The position numbers and the translations under genes are program-made. From assembly GCF_009914755.1 (NCBI RefSeq), contig NC_060931.1: a stretch of DNA of 64,000 nucleotides. The stretch is one strand, 5' to 3'. Each line of letters begins with the position of its first letter. Positions within the stretch are counted from its first letter, which is position 1. A model generated the notes under the pieces. It was not told where the DNA came from. It made no database searches and saw only the letters and a program-made list of their open reading frames with translations. Source of the stretch: the human T2T-CHM13v2.0 reference genome, Homo sapiens. This document shows positions 28,450 to 43,110 of this stretch, piece after piece.

Positions 28450-29168
28450 AAAGAGTTGCAAAATTTTATGCAACAACACATTTGTTCTACTCATGAGTTT
28501 TTGGGTCAATGGAGGTGGCTCTGCCTTGGATTGCAGGTCTCAGTCAGCTGTATAAGGCTTTTTTTTTTTTTTTCAGGGTCTCACTCTGTCACCCAAACTG
28601 AAATGCAGTGATGCAATCACAGCTTATTGTAGTCTCAACATGCAGGCTCAAGCAACCCTCCGACCTCAGCCACCCTGAGTAGTTGGGACTACAGGCATGC
28701 ACCACTATGCAAGTAACCCTCCTACCTCAGCCATCCCGAGTAGCTGGGACTACAGGCATGCACCACCGTGCCTGGCTAATTTTTGTAGTTTTTGTAGAGA
28801 CAGGGTTTTGCCTTGTTGCCCAGGCTGGTCTTGAACTCCTGGGCTCAAGCAATTCGCCTGCCTCAGCCTCCTATAGTGTTGGGATTACAGGTGTGAGACT
28901 CCATGGCCAGCCCTCTGTGTAACTTTTATCCTCTTTGATCACTAGGCTTACCATGGCATGTCCCTCAAAATGATAACAGATACGCAAGATGATTAACCCC
29001 ACTGTGCAAGGATATTTCAAGTGGATGAAAGTGCTAATATCCTATTGCTCAAAGCAAGTCACATGGCCAAGCCCAATGTTAAGGGATGGGGAATTTCACT
29101 CTTTCCACAAGAAAATGTGTGGATAAAGAGAGGAGTGAAGAATTGAAGCTAATAATTCAATCTACCAA
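28450..29168 (-). mobile_element. Degenerate MLT1-type LTR interrupted by an Alu
   Basis: AAAGCAAGTCACATGGCCAAGCCCAA...AATAATTCAATCTACCA. Confidence 0.5.
28558..28912 (-). mobile_element. AluJ with 61-bp internal tandem duplication
   Basis: Poly-T and dimer structure; CAAG(C/T)AACCCTCC...GCATGCACCAC repeated at 28649 and 28710. Confidence 0.88.
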
Positions 29169-29178
29169 AAATATTATC

Positions 29179-29595
29179 TGTCTTAGTCTATTTTGTGCTG
29201 CTGTAACAGAACACTTGAGACTGGGTAATTTATAAAGAATGGAAATTTATTTTCTCACATTTTTGGAGGCTAGGAAGTTTAAGATCAAGGTACCAGTAGA
29301 TTATAGCCTGGTTTATCTGCTTCCAAGATGGCACCTTGAATACTGTATCCTCCAGAGGAAAGGGACACCATGTCTTCACATGAGAAGAGCAGAAGAGAGG
29401 GAAAGAGAGAGAGTGAGACAGAGAGACAGAGAGCCCACTCCCATAAGCCCTTTTTTATGGTGACATTAGTCCATTCATAAGGGTAGAACCCTTTTGATCA
29501 AACACTTCCCATTAGCCTCCACTTCCCAATACTGTTGTATTGGGGATTAAGTTTCTTACACATGCATTTTGGTGGGACACATTCAAACCATAGCA
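29179..29595 (-). mobile_element. MST-type MaLR LTR
   Basis: TGTCTTAGTCTATTTTGTGCTGCTGTAACAGAA...ACATTCAAACCATAGCA. Confidence 0.85.
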
Positions 29596-29781
29596 CTGTC
29601 CATTGGATATCTGAACCGAATCTGCAGGGAACTTTGGTGACACAGATATTCCCAATTAGTCTCTCTAGCTGGATATTGACTTTGACATCTACCTACAGGG
29701 AAAGGACAAGCCTAGGTGGCCAAAGGGTCTACTTTAGCCTTGCAATCTAAAATGTCTTTGGAAAAACCTGACTATGGCTTC

Positions 29782-30082
29782 TATTTTATTTTATTTTATT
29801 TTTTTAGAGATAGGATCTTACTCTGTTGCCCAGGCTGGAGTGCAGTAGTGGGATTATGGCTCACTGCAGCCTCAAACCCTGGACTCAAGCAACCCTCCAC
29901 ACTCAGCTTCCTAAGTAACTAGGACTGCAGAGATACACCACCACACCCAGTTAATTTTTTAATTTTTGTAGTGGCAGGGTCCCATGTTGCAAAGGCTGGT
30001 CTTGACCTCTGTTCTCAAGGAATTGTCCTGCCCTCAATTCCCAAAGTGCTAGGATTATAGCCCTGAACCACTGTGCCCAGTT
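29782..30082 (-). mobile_element. AluJ
   Basis: (TTTTA)n tail; CACTGCAGCCTCAAACCCTGGACTCAAGC. Confidence 0.85.
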
Positions 30083-30393
30083 GGCCTTTATTTTAGATAC
30101 ATTTCCTGCCACCTTCAACCTATATTGTGTCCCGAAAGTTCTTCCTAAAAGCAAGGCCATCTATTACAATCTTATTTATCAAAGAACATTTTTGTATTTA
30201 TGTACTGTCCAGCTGTCTGCACCCCAATCTTCAATTCACATGCTTTTTCCACGTAGGAGGACATTATTCCAAGTAGCCCTGCTTTGCAATGCCCGAAATA
30301 CTCAGACAGAAGGGACTCTTTTTGTATACCTGCTAAGACATCATAGCTTTTGCACCTACCCAAGCCAAATGGCATTTTCCTGTGGCAATCACT

Positions 30394-30755
30394 GCCTTTG
30401 TTGCAGGTTGCATTCTCCCAGAAGCAGACTATGAGAAAGCAATTAACATAAAGGAGTTTTATTTGGGAGTACTCTTTAGGTCAACAGCTATGGAAGGGAA
30501 AGGGCAAGGATAGAGCAGGGAGAGGTTGGATTATAACGTGTCAATGAACATGTCATCCAACCCCATTGGAGCTCTGAAGCTGAAAGAGCCCTTAAAGTTG
30601 TCCCAAGTTGGGATTATATAGCTAGGCCTTTATGACTCTGCATCAATCAGTCGTTGGTTAAGGAGTGTAACGTTAGACAAGAAAAGTCCTCAGCTGAAAG
30701 CAGTGAATGGAGGGCTCTCAACCAGCAGTACTCGGATATGGCTGGTGCACCACAC
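30394..30755 (-). mobile_element. LTR33-like ERVL LTR
   Basis: TGTTGCAGGTTG...GAAGCAGACTATGAGA...TTTATTTGGGAGT...GGAGCTCTGAAGCTGAA...AGTTGTCCC. Confidence 0.6.
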
Positions 30756-30995
30756 CAGCCTATCCTATGCAAAATGGCATAGTTCCCTCCAATAAGTTCC
30801 TGTTATAACAGTTCCCTGATCCCCACTCTTCCTGGAGCCACTGACAGCTAACAGCAATAAAATATCAAGAGAAGCAAAACAACACATGGTAGGTTCAGAG
30901 GGAAAGCTGAGGGCAGCATCTCTGTAATTTTTGAGATTCGTGGATAGCCTCTCTAATTACGAATATCTCAAAATTGTGCAAAACAGAGAATACAT

Positions 30996-33410
30996 TTGCT
31001 GGCAAGATGGCCGAATAGGAAGAGCTCTGGTCTGCAGCTCCCAGTGAGATCGACACAGAAGGCAGGTGATTTCTGCATTTCCAATTGAGGTACCCGGTTC
31101 ATCTCATTGGGATTGGTTGGACAGTGGGTGCAGCCCATGTGGAGGGCAAGCAGAAGCAAGGTGGTGCGTCACCTCACCTGGGAAGCACAAGGGGTCGGGG
31201 GATTTCCCTCCCATAGCCAAGGGAAGCCATGAGGGACTGGGCTGGGAGGAACGGTGAACTCCAGCCCAGATACTGCACTTTTCCCATGGTTTTCACAACC
31301 CACAGACCAGGAGACTCCCTCCGGTTCCTAGGCCACCAGGGCCCTGGGTTTCAAGCATAAAACTGGGCAGCCATTTGGGCAGACACTGAGCTAGCTCCAG
31401 GATTTTTTTTGTTCATATCCCAGCGGCACCTGGAACCCTAGTGAGATAGAACTGTTCACTCCCCTGGAAAGGGGGCTGAAGCCAGGGAGCCGAGTGGTCT
31501 TGCCCAGTGGATCCCACCCCCACAGAGCCAGCAAGCTAAGATCCACTGGCTTGAAATTCTTGCTGCCGGCACAGCAGTCTGAGGTTGCCCTGGGATGGTA
31601 GAGCTTGGTGGTGGGAGGGGCGTCTGCCATTGCTGAGGCTTGAGTAGGCAGTTTTACCCTCACATTGTAAACAAAGCCGTCAGGAAGTTTGAACTGGGTG
31701 GAACCCACCGCAGCTCAGCAAGGCTGCTGCAGCCAGACTGCCTCTCTAGATTCCTCCTCTCTGGGCAGGGCATCTCTGAAAAAAAGACAGCAGCCCCAGT
31801 CAGGGACCTATAGATAAAACCCCATCTCCCTAGGACAGAACACCTGCGGGAAGGGGCGGCTGTGGGTGCAGCTTCATCAGACTTAAATGTCCCTGCCTGA
31901 TAGCTCTGAAGAGAGCAGCAGATCTCCCAGCACAGTGTTCAAGCTCTGATAAGGGTCAGACTGCCTCCTCAAGTGTGTCCCTGACCCCCATGTATCCTGA
32001 CTGGGAGACACCTCCCAGTAAAGGCTGACAGACATCTCATACAGGAGAGCTCTGGGTGGCATCTGGCAGGTGCCCCTCTGGGACAAAGCTTCCAGAGGAA
32101 GGAACAGACAGCAATCTTTGCTGTTCTGCAGCCTCTGCTGGTGATACGCAGGCAAATGGTCTGGAGTAGACCTCCAGCAAACTCTAGCAAACCTGCAGCA
32201 GAGGGGCCTGACTGTTAGAAGGAAAACTAATAAGCAGAAAGGAATAGCATCAACATCAACAAAAAGAACGTCCACTCAGAGACCTCATCCCAAGGTCACC
32301 AACATTAAAGACCAAAGGTAGCCAAATCCACAAAAATGGGGAGAAACCAACACAAAAAGGCTGAAAATTCCAAAAACCAGAGTGCCTCTTCTCCTCCAAA
32401 GGATCACAACTCCTTGCCAGCAAGGGAACAAAACTGGACAGAGAATGAGTTTGACAGATTGACAGAAGTAGGCTTCAGAAGGTGGGTAATAACAAACAAC
32501 AAACTCCTTCAAGCTAAAGAAGCATGTTCTAACCCAATGCAAAGAAGCTAAGAACATTGACAAAAGGTTACATGAATTGCTAACTAGAATAACCAGTTTA
32601 AAGAAGAATATAAACGACCTGATGGAGCTGAAAAACACAGCACAAGAACTTCATGAAGCATACACAAGTATCAATAGCTGAATCAATCAAGCAGAAGAAA
32701 GTATATCAGAGATTGAAGATGAACTTAATGAAAAAAAGCGAGAAGACAAGATTAGAGAAAAAAGAATGAAAAGGAACGAACAAACCGTCCAAGAAATATG
32801 AGACTATGTGAAAAGACCAAATATACGTTTGTTTGGTGTACCTGAAAGTGATGGGGAGAATGGAACCAAGTTGGAAAACACTCTTCAGGATATTATCCAG
32901 GAGAACTTCGCCAGCCTAGCAAGACACACCAACATTAAAATTCAGGAAATACAGAGAACGCCACCAAGTTACTCCTCGAGAAGAACAACCCCAAGACACA
33001 TAATTGTGAGATTCCCCAAGGTTGAAATGTAGGAAAAAATGCTAAGGGCAGCCAGAGAGAAAGGTCGGGTTACCCACAAAGGGAAGCCCATCAGACAAAC
33101 AGTGGATCTCTCTGCAGAAACCCTACAAGCCAGAAGAGAGTGGGGGCCAATATTCAACATTCTTAAAGAAAAGAATTTTCAACCCAGAATTTCATATCCA
33201 GCCAAACTATGCTTCATAAGCAAAGGAGAAATAAAATGCTTTACAGACAGACAAACGCTGAGAGATTTTATCACCACCAGGCCTGCCTTACAAGAGCTCC
33301 TGAAGGAAGCACTAAACATGGAAAGGAACAACCGGTAGTAGCCACTGCAAAAACATACCAAATTGCAAAGACTATCGACGCTATGAAGAAACTGCATTAA
33401 CTAACGGGCA
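30996..33410 (+). mobile_element. L1PA7/8-like 5' UTR plus ORF1, 3'-truncated before ORF2
   Basis: GCTGGCAAGATGGCCGAATAGGAA start; ~1.34 kb UTR; homology stops at ...AACTAACGGGCA with no poly(A). Confidence 0.88.
32336..33356 (+). pseudogene. Disrupted L1 ORF1p
   Basis: MGRNQHKKAENSKNQSASSPPKD..., KRPNIRLFGVPE..., RISYPAKL...; frameshift near 32495 and premature stops. Confidence 0.88.
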
Positions 33411-33714
33411 CTAAATTAATTTGATGTTTCTTACCTTCTTGGTATACTACTAAAGGGAACTAAAGGCCTAGGGAGATTGATAAGCTGAAGTGAGTAAGTA
33501 CCTGTTCAGATACTGGCTAAGTTCCTCAGAATGGTTCAGAGGATACATCTTTCATTTCAGCTTTCCAAAATACATTGGGAAAGAAAGATCTTTGTGGTAG
33601 CTGTTCTCTAAAGGTTCTAAATGAGAGGGGGAAATGCTACCTTCTAACTGGGGTCTGTGACTTCAGTGGAAGTGATGAGATCCCAGGGAGAATGAGCCAA
33701 TTGCTGGCATTTGA

Positions 33715-33908
<194 letters not shown>

Positions 33909-33981
33909 AGATAGAGATCTTTAACATTCCACTTAATAGTTGATCATGGTATCCCTAGAACTGAAACAGGTAATTATCATA

Positions 33982-34339
33982 TGCCTTAGTCATTCAGGCT
34001 GCTATAGCAAAATACTATATACTGGGTAGCTTACAAACAACAGAAATTTATTTTTCACATTTGTTAAGCCTTGGAAGTGCAAGATCAAGGTACCAGCAGA
34101 TCTGGTGTCTGGTGAGGTCCACTTCCTCATAGACAGCACATTCTGGCCATGTCCTCACGTGGTGGAAGAGGCAAGAATCTCTCTGAAGCCTCTTTTATAA
34201 GGCCACTATTCCCATTCATGAGGGCTTGGCCCTCATGACTTAATCACTTCCCAAAGACCTCATCTCCTAAAGCCATCACCTTGGGGGTTAGGGTTTCAAC
34301 AAATGAATTTGGGGGAATGTAAACATTCAGTCCATTGCA
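33982..34339 (-). mobile_element. MLT1A-type LTR
   Basis: TGCCTTAGTC...GGCTGCTATAGCAAAATAC...AACATTCAGTCCATTGCA. Confidence 0.82.
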
Positions 34340-34534
34340 CTCCATTAATGTCCTACTTGATTCACAAGCAGTCTGGTGAACCGACGCCATACCTGCATTA
34401 GCACAATAAGGAATTGTGGAACCTCAACCAATTTTCAGACTTAAGATGCAAAGACTTTGGAAGAAAGGAAGACAGCGTCTCCTTGAGGATTGCTTCTATG
34501 AGACCAAATATGTACACTCTAGCCCTAGCCCTAG

Positions 34535-34748
34535 TTGGCGGTGTCTCAACCCAGGGCAATTTGCCCCCAAGAAGATATTTGCCAATGTCTGCAGACATTT
34601 TTGGTTGTCACGACTAGGAGCATGCTACTGACATCTAATAGATAGAATCCAGGGATACTAAATATCCTACAAAGCACAGGACAACCCCACTACAACAAAG
34701 AATTATCTTGCCTGAAATGCTGAAAGTGCTAAGGTTAAGAAATCCTGC
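34535..34748. mobile_element. MER20 DNA transposon
   Basis: CAATGTCTGCAGACATTTTTGGTTGTCACGACT...ACAACAAAGAATTATC...GCTAAGGTTAAGAAATCCTG. Confidence 0.8.
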
Positions 34749-35059
34749 TTTTCTCAAATGACCTGTGACCACCGAGTTACAACAACAGAAAGTGAACCAA
34801 CATCATCATACTTTGCAGTAATTCAGGAGGACCTAGACTAAAGTCACACTGGGCAATAAAAAAGTCATAACACAGATTGAAGAGTGATATGAGCTTAATG
34901 TTAATACACAGGGACAATATTCAGTCTCCCCTAGAGTTCTGCAATGTTAATTATCCAAAACATTACATAATTGCAAGAGAGATAAAGTAATCTGGATTAA
35001 AAATAGGAAGAATATAATTAACCGTATTAACAAACTGAAATAAAATGTTGTTTTAAAAA

Positions 35060-35905
<846 letters not shown>

Positions 35906-35927
35906 TACCTGCAAGTACCTTCCCAAG

Positions 35928-36285
35928 CCAGTGCTTGATCTAAGTTGTTTCAAGTAGGGCCTAGGAATCTTATATTGTCTAATATGTCCAGGAGATTCTA
36001 ACTTAGCCAAGACTGAACACCCCTGGCCTAGAGCTGTACTTCTCAAAATTTAACTTAACGGGTCTCTGAACTACACTTTCTCCTGGACAGCCTCTTTAGT
36101 AGGCTTTCTACTTCCTCTCTTGTTCCTGCATGATCTATTTTTGATATGCTGTTGCCGTTTGATATGCATGTTGTCCAGGAGACCCATTAAGGCTGAGTGG
36201 ATCCCGATATGCTGCATTTCTAACAAGCTCCCAGGTGGTGCTGGTGCTGCCTCCCGAGGACTATACTCTGAGCAGCCAGAGCCTA
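35928..36285. mobile_element. Two adjacent MER5-type MITE remnants, the second carrying a templated insertion
   Basis: GGGCCTAGGAATC...GGAGATTCTAA; TGCATTTCTAACAAGCTCCCAGGTGGTGCTG...ACTCTGAGCAGC. Confidence 0.65.
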
Positions 36286-36999
36286 GAAGGGAAAAACATT
36301 GCTCCCCTCTACCTAAACCACCCTTGTTCATCATTACTAGCAACTATATTTTCCACCCTTTACCCAACCTTCTGGACCTGGTAATCTGCAGCCAGCCCGC
36401 TCAAGATTGCCTGACAGGACCTTCAGGGCAGACTTTTATAGATGAAAGAATGACATAATGATGGTGCGCACTAGGAACAGATCAGAATATGTGAGAAACA
36501 CTATTTTTTTCCCAGTGTACAGCAGGCTTTCTTCTGGTAAAATTAAGCAAAACTCAGCCCTGCCCTGCCCAGTTAGAGACTAGTTCATCAAGGGGGCAGG
36601 TTGAAATTTAGCCACAGTACCCTCCTATGCCTGATATGCAACTAAAAAGCAGTGACTGTCAACCTTTTAACTATCATGACCTCCCTAAGGAGCCTTTTTA
36701 GACTTTTTTTTTTCCTGATCACACCCTCCGTATAAAATGTCAATACCACAGATATACGATATATATGGTTATGAACTCTTGACCTTTGTAGGACTACAAA
36801 CCATTAAATGAGACCTAAGAATTTTTGGCCGCTCCCTGTGGGCAATACAACCCTCATTGAGAATGCATGATTGAGATCCATTCGCTCATTCCAGTCAGCT
36901 AGATTCCAGGCCTGGTGTGTAGACCACATGTTTGGACACATTTCTCCAGCTTTCCCTACCAGGCCAAGTGGTGGAGAGGACACTATCTTTAGAATCACA

Positions 37000-37215
37000 C
37001 AAATCAAGTTAAAACCAAGCCTCAGCCATTTACAAGTTGTAGGACTCTAAGCAAGAATCTTTACCTCTCTTATCCTAAGTGCCCCAACTGTTAAATGGAA
37101 TTAAAATACTCACACTGAAAATTTGCTGTAAGGTGTAGAGGTGAGGTAATGTTCCTGTAAAGTATAAACTGTAGTGTCCAGGGCAGGACAGGTATTCAAG
37201 AAATAGTAGTAACTG
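37000..37215 (+). mobile_element. MIR
   Basis: CCATTTACAAGTTGTAGGACTCTAAGCAAG...CTGTTAAATGGAATT...GGTATTCAAGAAATAGTAG. Confidence 0.55.
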
Positions 37216-37840
37216 GCCATAATTTAGTGGTGGCCCTCCACAGCTTTCTATTTCCTTTGAGATTAGATTCATTACACCTGGGCTCAGTAGCGCCTTGATG
37301 GCCCAGTACACCAGCCCAGTACAACTGCAGAGTTAGATGTCTCTCTCGTCATGCCCCAGTGCAGAAAAAAGAAAGACACACCTTCCCTAAGTATCTACCT
37401 GAGAACCAGGGCATCTTGAAGCAGTTCCGGGAGTTTGATTAAAGTGGAGTGGGGAGCTGAGAAGGATTTGTCAGCACAAGCAAAGGTACAATCTGCATCC
37501 AAGGCCACTGCTATCAGTTTGTAGCCCTGACCCAGTCTCTTCGACTCAACACTACCCTTGACGCCCATCTTCTGGATAAGAATAAGCCTAGTCAGCCTAC
37601 GTCTACCACACTACACTTTATCTCAAATGCTCCTGGACAATCTGACTACAGTTCCATTTCAAGAATCATCTTTAACCTCATTTGCCACATTGGTCCTAAT
37701 TTGTCTTTTGAAATACACTTCCTGCCAAACAGTACTAGCTATCTGTTAGAGAGCAAAGAGATTTTCCATTTTCTCAAACTACCCGCCACCTAGTTTATAA
37801 CCTCAACCTCAGTGTTTATCCCAATTTTGCAGAGTACCAT

Positions 37841-38195
37841 TGATATGCTTAGGCCACTCAAATCTCATCTTGAATTTTAATCCCCAAAATCCCCACATGT
37901 CAAGGGAGAGACCAGGTGGAGGTAATTGAATCACGGGGGGCAGCTTCCCCAATGCTGTTCTCCTGATACTATGTGAGTTCTCATGAAATCCAATGGGGCT
38001 CTTCCCCCTTTGCTCAACCCTTCTTCCTGCCACCTTATGAAGAAGGTGTCTTGCTTTCCCTTCACTTTCTGCTGTGATTGTGTTTCCTGAGGCTTCCCCA
38101 GCAATGCTGAACTGTGAGTCAATTATACCTCTTTCCTTTATAAACTATCCAGTCTTGGGTAGTTCTTTATAGCAATATGAAAATGGACTAATACA
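37841..38195 (+). mobile_element. THE1/MSTA-type MaLR solo LTR
   Basis: TGATATG...CAAATCTCATCTTGAATT...AAATGGACTAATACA; 5-bp TSD ACCAT/ACTAT. Confidence 0.88.
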
Positions 38196-38487
38196 ACTAT
38201 TCAAAGCTGTCATTGAATATCTTCTCCTGTCAAGCTCCCAACCACAACAGAAAGAGTGAATCAGCTCTTGCCCTTTTTTTTAATATTCGAAAATATTTCC
38301 AAAAAATAGCCTCGTCTCTCAAAATGAAAATCTTGCCTTATACCAACTCCCTGGTCTCCACTCCTCTTGGAACCCCTTGTCATAAGCCAGTGCTTAGCCC
38401 AGTTCCCCACAAATAGAAAGCCCTAAATAAACACCTGTTGCCTGTTCCTCTATTGTCAGCACCAGAAATACCCATCTCCTAGGGAGT

Positions 38488-38660
38488 ATCTGGCTCTGTC
38501 ACCTGCAGGCTGTGTGACCTTCCTACAGGTGGCCTTGCCTCCCTGAGCCTCAACTCCTTTACCTGTCAAATGGAAGTAAAAGAACCACCTCCCAGGGCCA
38601 TTTCAAGTGTTGGGACAATTAAAGAATTAGACACCTAGCAGAGAGACTGAATCCTACCCA
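38488..38660 (+). mobile_element. MIR
   Basis: CTGGCTCTGTCAC...GCTGTGTGACCTT...CTGAGCCTCAACTCC...CTGTCAAATGG. Confidence 0.6.
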
Positions 38661-39184
38661 AGACCTCTCTAGTGAGAAATTAACCCATCCTCTTTTGATG
38701 GCCTGGTAATGCTGCCTGAAACTGATGGCTTCACTGGGAGGGGAAATCATTTTCAGTCTCTTTTTTTAAATTTCAGGATGTAGCTGAGGACCAAGTTATA
38801 TTGTACTACTGTACAGATTTATTACTAAGGAATTATTACTACTTTTTCCTGACTTTAACCTCTTCCCATATTAGATCCTATCATCAAAGCCAAATACTTC
38901 TTAAGATTCTACCACATAAAAAATAGAAATGATCTTGAAAACATTTAGTATTTCAACAAATAACAAAAAACCTTAGTATTTTATAGATAAATACATTTTA
39001 GCCATAACTATTATTAAGGCTTTGTCTCTTACAAAGGAGAAAGGTAAAGGCTTATAATTTCCCTATTAAGTCAGCACATAAAATGCAATTTTAACTTAAA
39101 ATTCTGTTAAAAGTATATTTATTGTCATAGTTTCCAGCCCTGATTGGTCCTAAGAATCACCTGTAGAGCATCTTAAACATAAAG

Positions 39185-40172
39185 AGCTGTTTGGGGCCAT
39201 TACAAATGTAGTACTAAGAACATCTTATATAGTACCTATCTTTTGGGGCACATATGTATGCATCTCTGTGAAGTGTATATCTGAGAATAGAATTGCTAAA
39301 TCAGGATATGCATGTGATGAGCTTTCATAGATATCACCAAAGAGTTTTCCAAAATGGTTGTACAAATTAACACTCACACCAATGCAATATGAGAATCCCC
39401 ATTGTTCCATATTCAATACCATTGCTTGGTATTTTATATCTTTTTAATTTTAACCACTCCAGTGGATATTTTAATTTTTATTTCCTGAGCCATAAATGAA
39501 GTTGAGCATATATTTATTGAGTATTTGCATATTTTCTCTGAGGTGTGCCAAGTATTTTTAAAATTGAGCTGTGTTTTACTGGTTAATACATAGGATTCCT
39601 GTCTATATATTCATTCCCTCTCACTGGGGTACAGGTCTTTTATTTTTTATATGTGTATTGAGAATATTTTTCTTCACATATCCCTCTCTTTAATGGTGAC
39701 TTTTGTTAAATTTTGTTGTTCCTTAACTTTAATATGCTCCAATTTATCAATTGTTAACTACCTAGGTGCCCATCAACAGTGAAATGGATAAATAAATTGT
39801 GGTTTATTCAATCAATGAAATACTATAAAGCAATGAAAATGAACAAATCACAACTACCTGCAACAAATATAAGTGAATCTCATATAACATTGAGGGAAGG
39901 AAGCTAGCACAGGAGTAGATATTATTTTAATTTTTTTTTTTTTTAGTTTCAAAAACAAACAAAACTAACCCATGATGTTAGAAGTTAGGATGTTGACAAC
40001 TTTCACTGGGCTGCAGTAGCTAGAAAGGGGCCCTAGTGGCTCTCTTGAGCTGCTGGTGAGAATCTGTTTCTGAATCTGGAAAGCTAGTCACTCAGTTTTG
40101 TTCAGTTTGTGAAAATCTATCTAGCTTCACATTTATAATATATGTTTATTTCAATAAAAATTTAACCAAAAT
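39185..40172 (+). mobile_element. Old L1M 3' end with 5' inversion, inserted into a MER5-type element (~39127-39184 and ~40175-40250)
   Basis: 39185-39753 is antisense L1; 39756-40172 is sense L1 ending TATTTCAATAAAAA. Confidence 0.65.
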
Positions 40173-41522
40173 AGAGGTACATATATCTGAGCCTCAACAC
40201 CTGGACATCCATATTTCTTAGTGATTCAAATGGGCAGCCAGGGCAAGGACCTTCGATCAATATTCTGATCACAAATATGTGTGCAAATATAAGGACTGGA
40301 AGCCCCATTTTTTGAAAAATGTCTGTGGTTTATGGGAAACATTAAAATGGTGGGATTCTAGAGTTTCTTTTTTCTCTAACATTGTAATTTGTATTCTTAC
40401 AATGTTGTTTTGTGCAATTGTGAAAATCCTGTGAATTACACTTCTCTGTGCTCTCATTTGTCAGTGTTGTCCATTTCTAGGAAGAAACATTTGCTTGCAT
40501 GTCTAGAAGTGTGGCAAGAGGGAGGAGGGACAGAAGCTATGAGGAAGTGAGAAAATAAGTGCTGGCTTTCCTCCATCTTGTGCTACTCTGATTAGTCCCA
40601 GCTCACAGCCAAACATCCTCCTCTGACCAGATGTGGGGGCACAGTGGTGATGTACACTCGCCAGGAGGGCAGAGTCCAATGTTTATGGGGTTCTGCAAAT
40701 TACTGGAGCAGAGTGTGGTCCCGAAGAACAGGAGAGACAGAGGAAGCTTCCAGCTACAGCTTTCTCCTCCACTTTTTCTCTGCCCTCTCATGCCCTGCTT
40801 GTCTGGCAATTTGAATGCAGACTAGACATTTCATCATTTGTTACAAGGACTTATGAAAAGGGATACGGACTCCGATGTTGTTGGGCAGATTCTAGTTTAG
40901 GCTAGAAGCTGGGGAGTAGGGGAGGAGATATAAGGGAGGAGGATGAGGTGTTAATGTTGTGTGTACTTTTGAGCCAGGAAAGAAATGTGATTCTGGGTGG
41001 TGAAGGTCTTGGCCAAATGGATCTGTTTTTCAGAGAGACAAAGAGCCCCTGTGATATTGTGAAGTATATATTTGGTATCCGTCCCCTTTCCTGGCATACA
41101 ACTTTTAAAATACTTTGAATCTCCAAAGTGCTTTTTTTTTTTTCATATGCAATTGTTGGCTGATAGATTCAGGATGGGACTGGCCACTAAAAAGACAAAG
41201 GCATGATCACAGGGTTGGGACTTTCAGCCCCACCCCCCAACCTTCCGGGGAGGGGAGAGAGGCTGAAGGTCAAGTTGATCACCAATGGCCAATAGTTTAA
41301 TCAATCATGCCTATGTAATAAAGCCTCCATAAAAACCCAAAAGGGCAGAGTTCAGAGAGCTGAACACATGCAGGCTGACAGGAAGGTGAACCAGAATTTA
41401 TTCATGTGCCAGGAAGATGGAACACCCCAACTCCACAAGGCAGAAACTCCTGTGCTTGGGACCCTTGCAGACCTCACCCTAGGTACCTCTTCTCTAGCTG
41501 CTTATTTGTATCTTTTAAAGTA

Positions 41523-42418
<896 letters not shown>

Positions 42419-42944
42419 CTAGGGGGGAGAAATATCCACATATTTTGGGGTCACAGAAGTCTTTTGTGTTGATGATTATTGATGTGTGGTATGAGAGCAG
42501 AGGAAAAAACACAGTTTGAGTTTTTCCCAACAGTTCCCATCCCCAGCTGCTTGATGGTTGCGAGTTTTTTGCCACTATAAATCAGGGGACTTCTGTAATC
42601 ATTTACGCCTCGTTTAGGGAAAAAAATCAAATTATTGCATTGTTTGCTTCTGTATCTTATTTCCTCCTCCCTTAAACTGTTAGTTGTTTTCAAATACAAA
42701 ATCCTATGTAGCCCAAAATTAGCATTTCTACACCATAAATTGATTGTATTGAATTAGCGAAGAATGAGGCAAATTGGAAGAACCAGAACAACTGAAGGCA
42801 AACCTCCCAAAGCCTTACTTTTTATCGCAGACAAAGCAAATCCCTCCTTTCTTTTCTTCTGCTGTGCTTGTCACTTCTGTAGAGCTGCTATTCCAGCTGG
42901 CCTGCCCTGTTCTTGGTGATATTAGAGATCTGTAACTCACCCTA

Positions 42945-43110
42945 GACCACAGGTTCTCAGAGTGTGGTCCCCAGAGCAGAAGCATCATCTGGAAACTTTC
43001 AGACATGCACATTTTAAGGCCGCAGCCCAGACCTCCTGAATCAGAAACTCTGGGAATGGGGCCCAGTGCCCTGGGATTTAACAAGTGTTCTAGGTGATCC
43101 TAATGCAGTC
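42945..43110. mobile_element. MER5A
   Basis: GGTTCTCAGAGTGTGGTCCCC...GAATCAGAAACTCTGGG...TTTAACAAG...AGGTGAT. Confidence 0.8.

Noticed and set aside
40260-41040. Possible very old LTR or enhancer
   Set aside because: I could not confidently recognise termini or a family.
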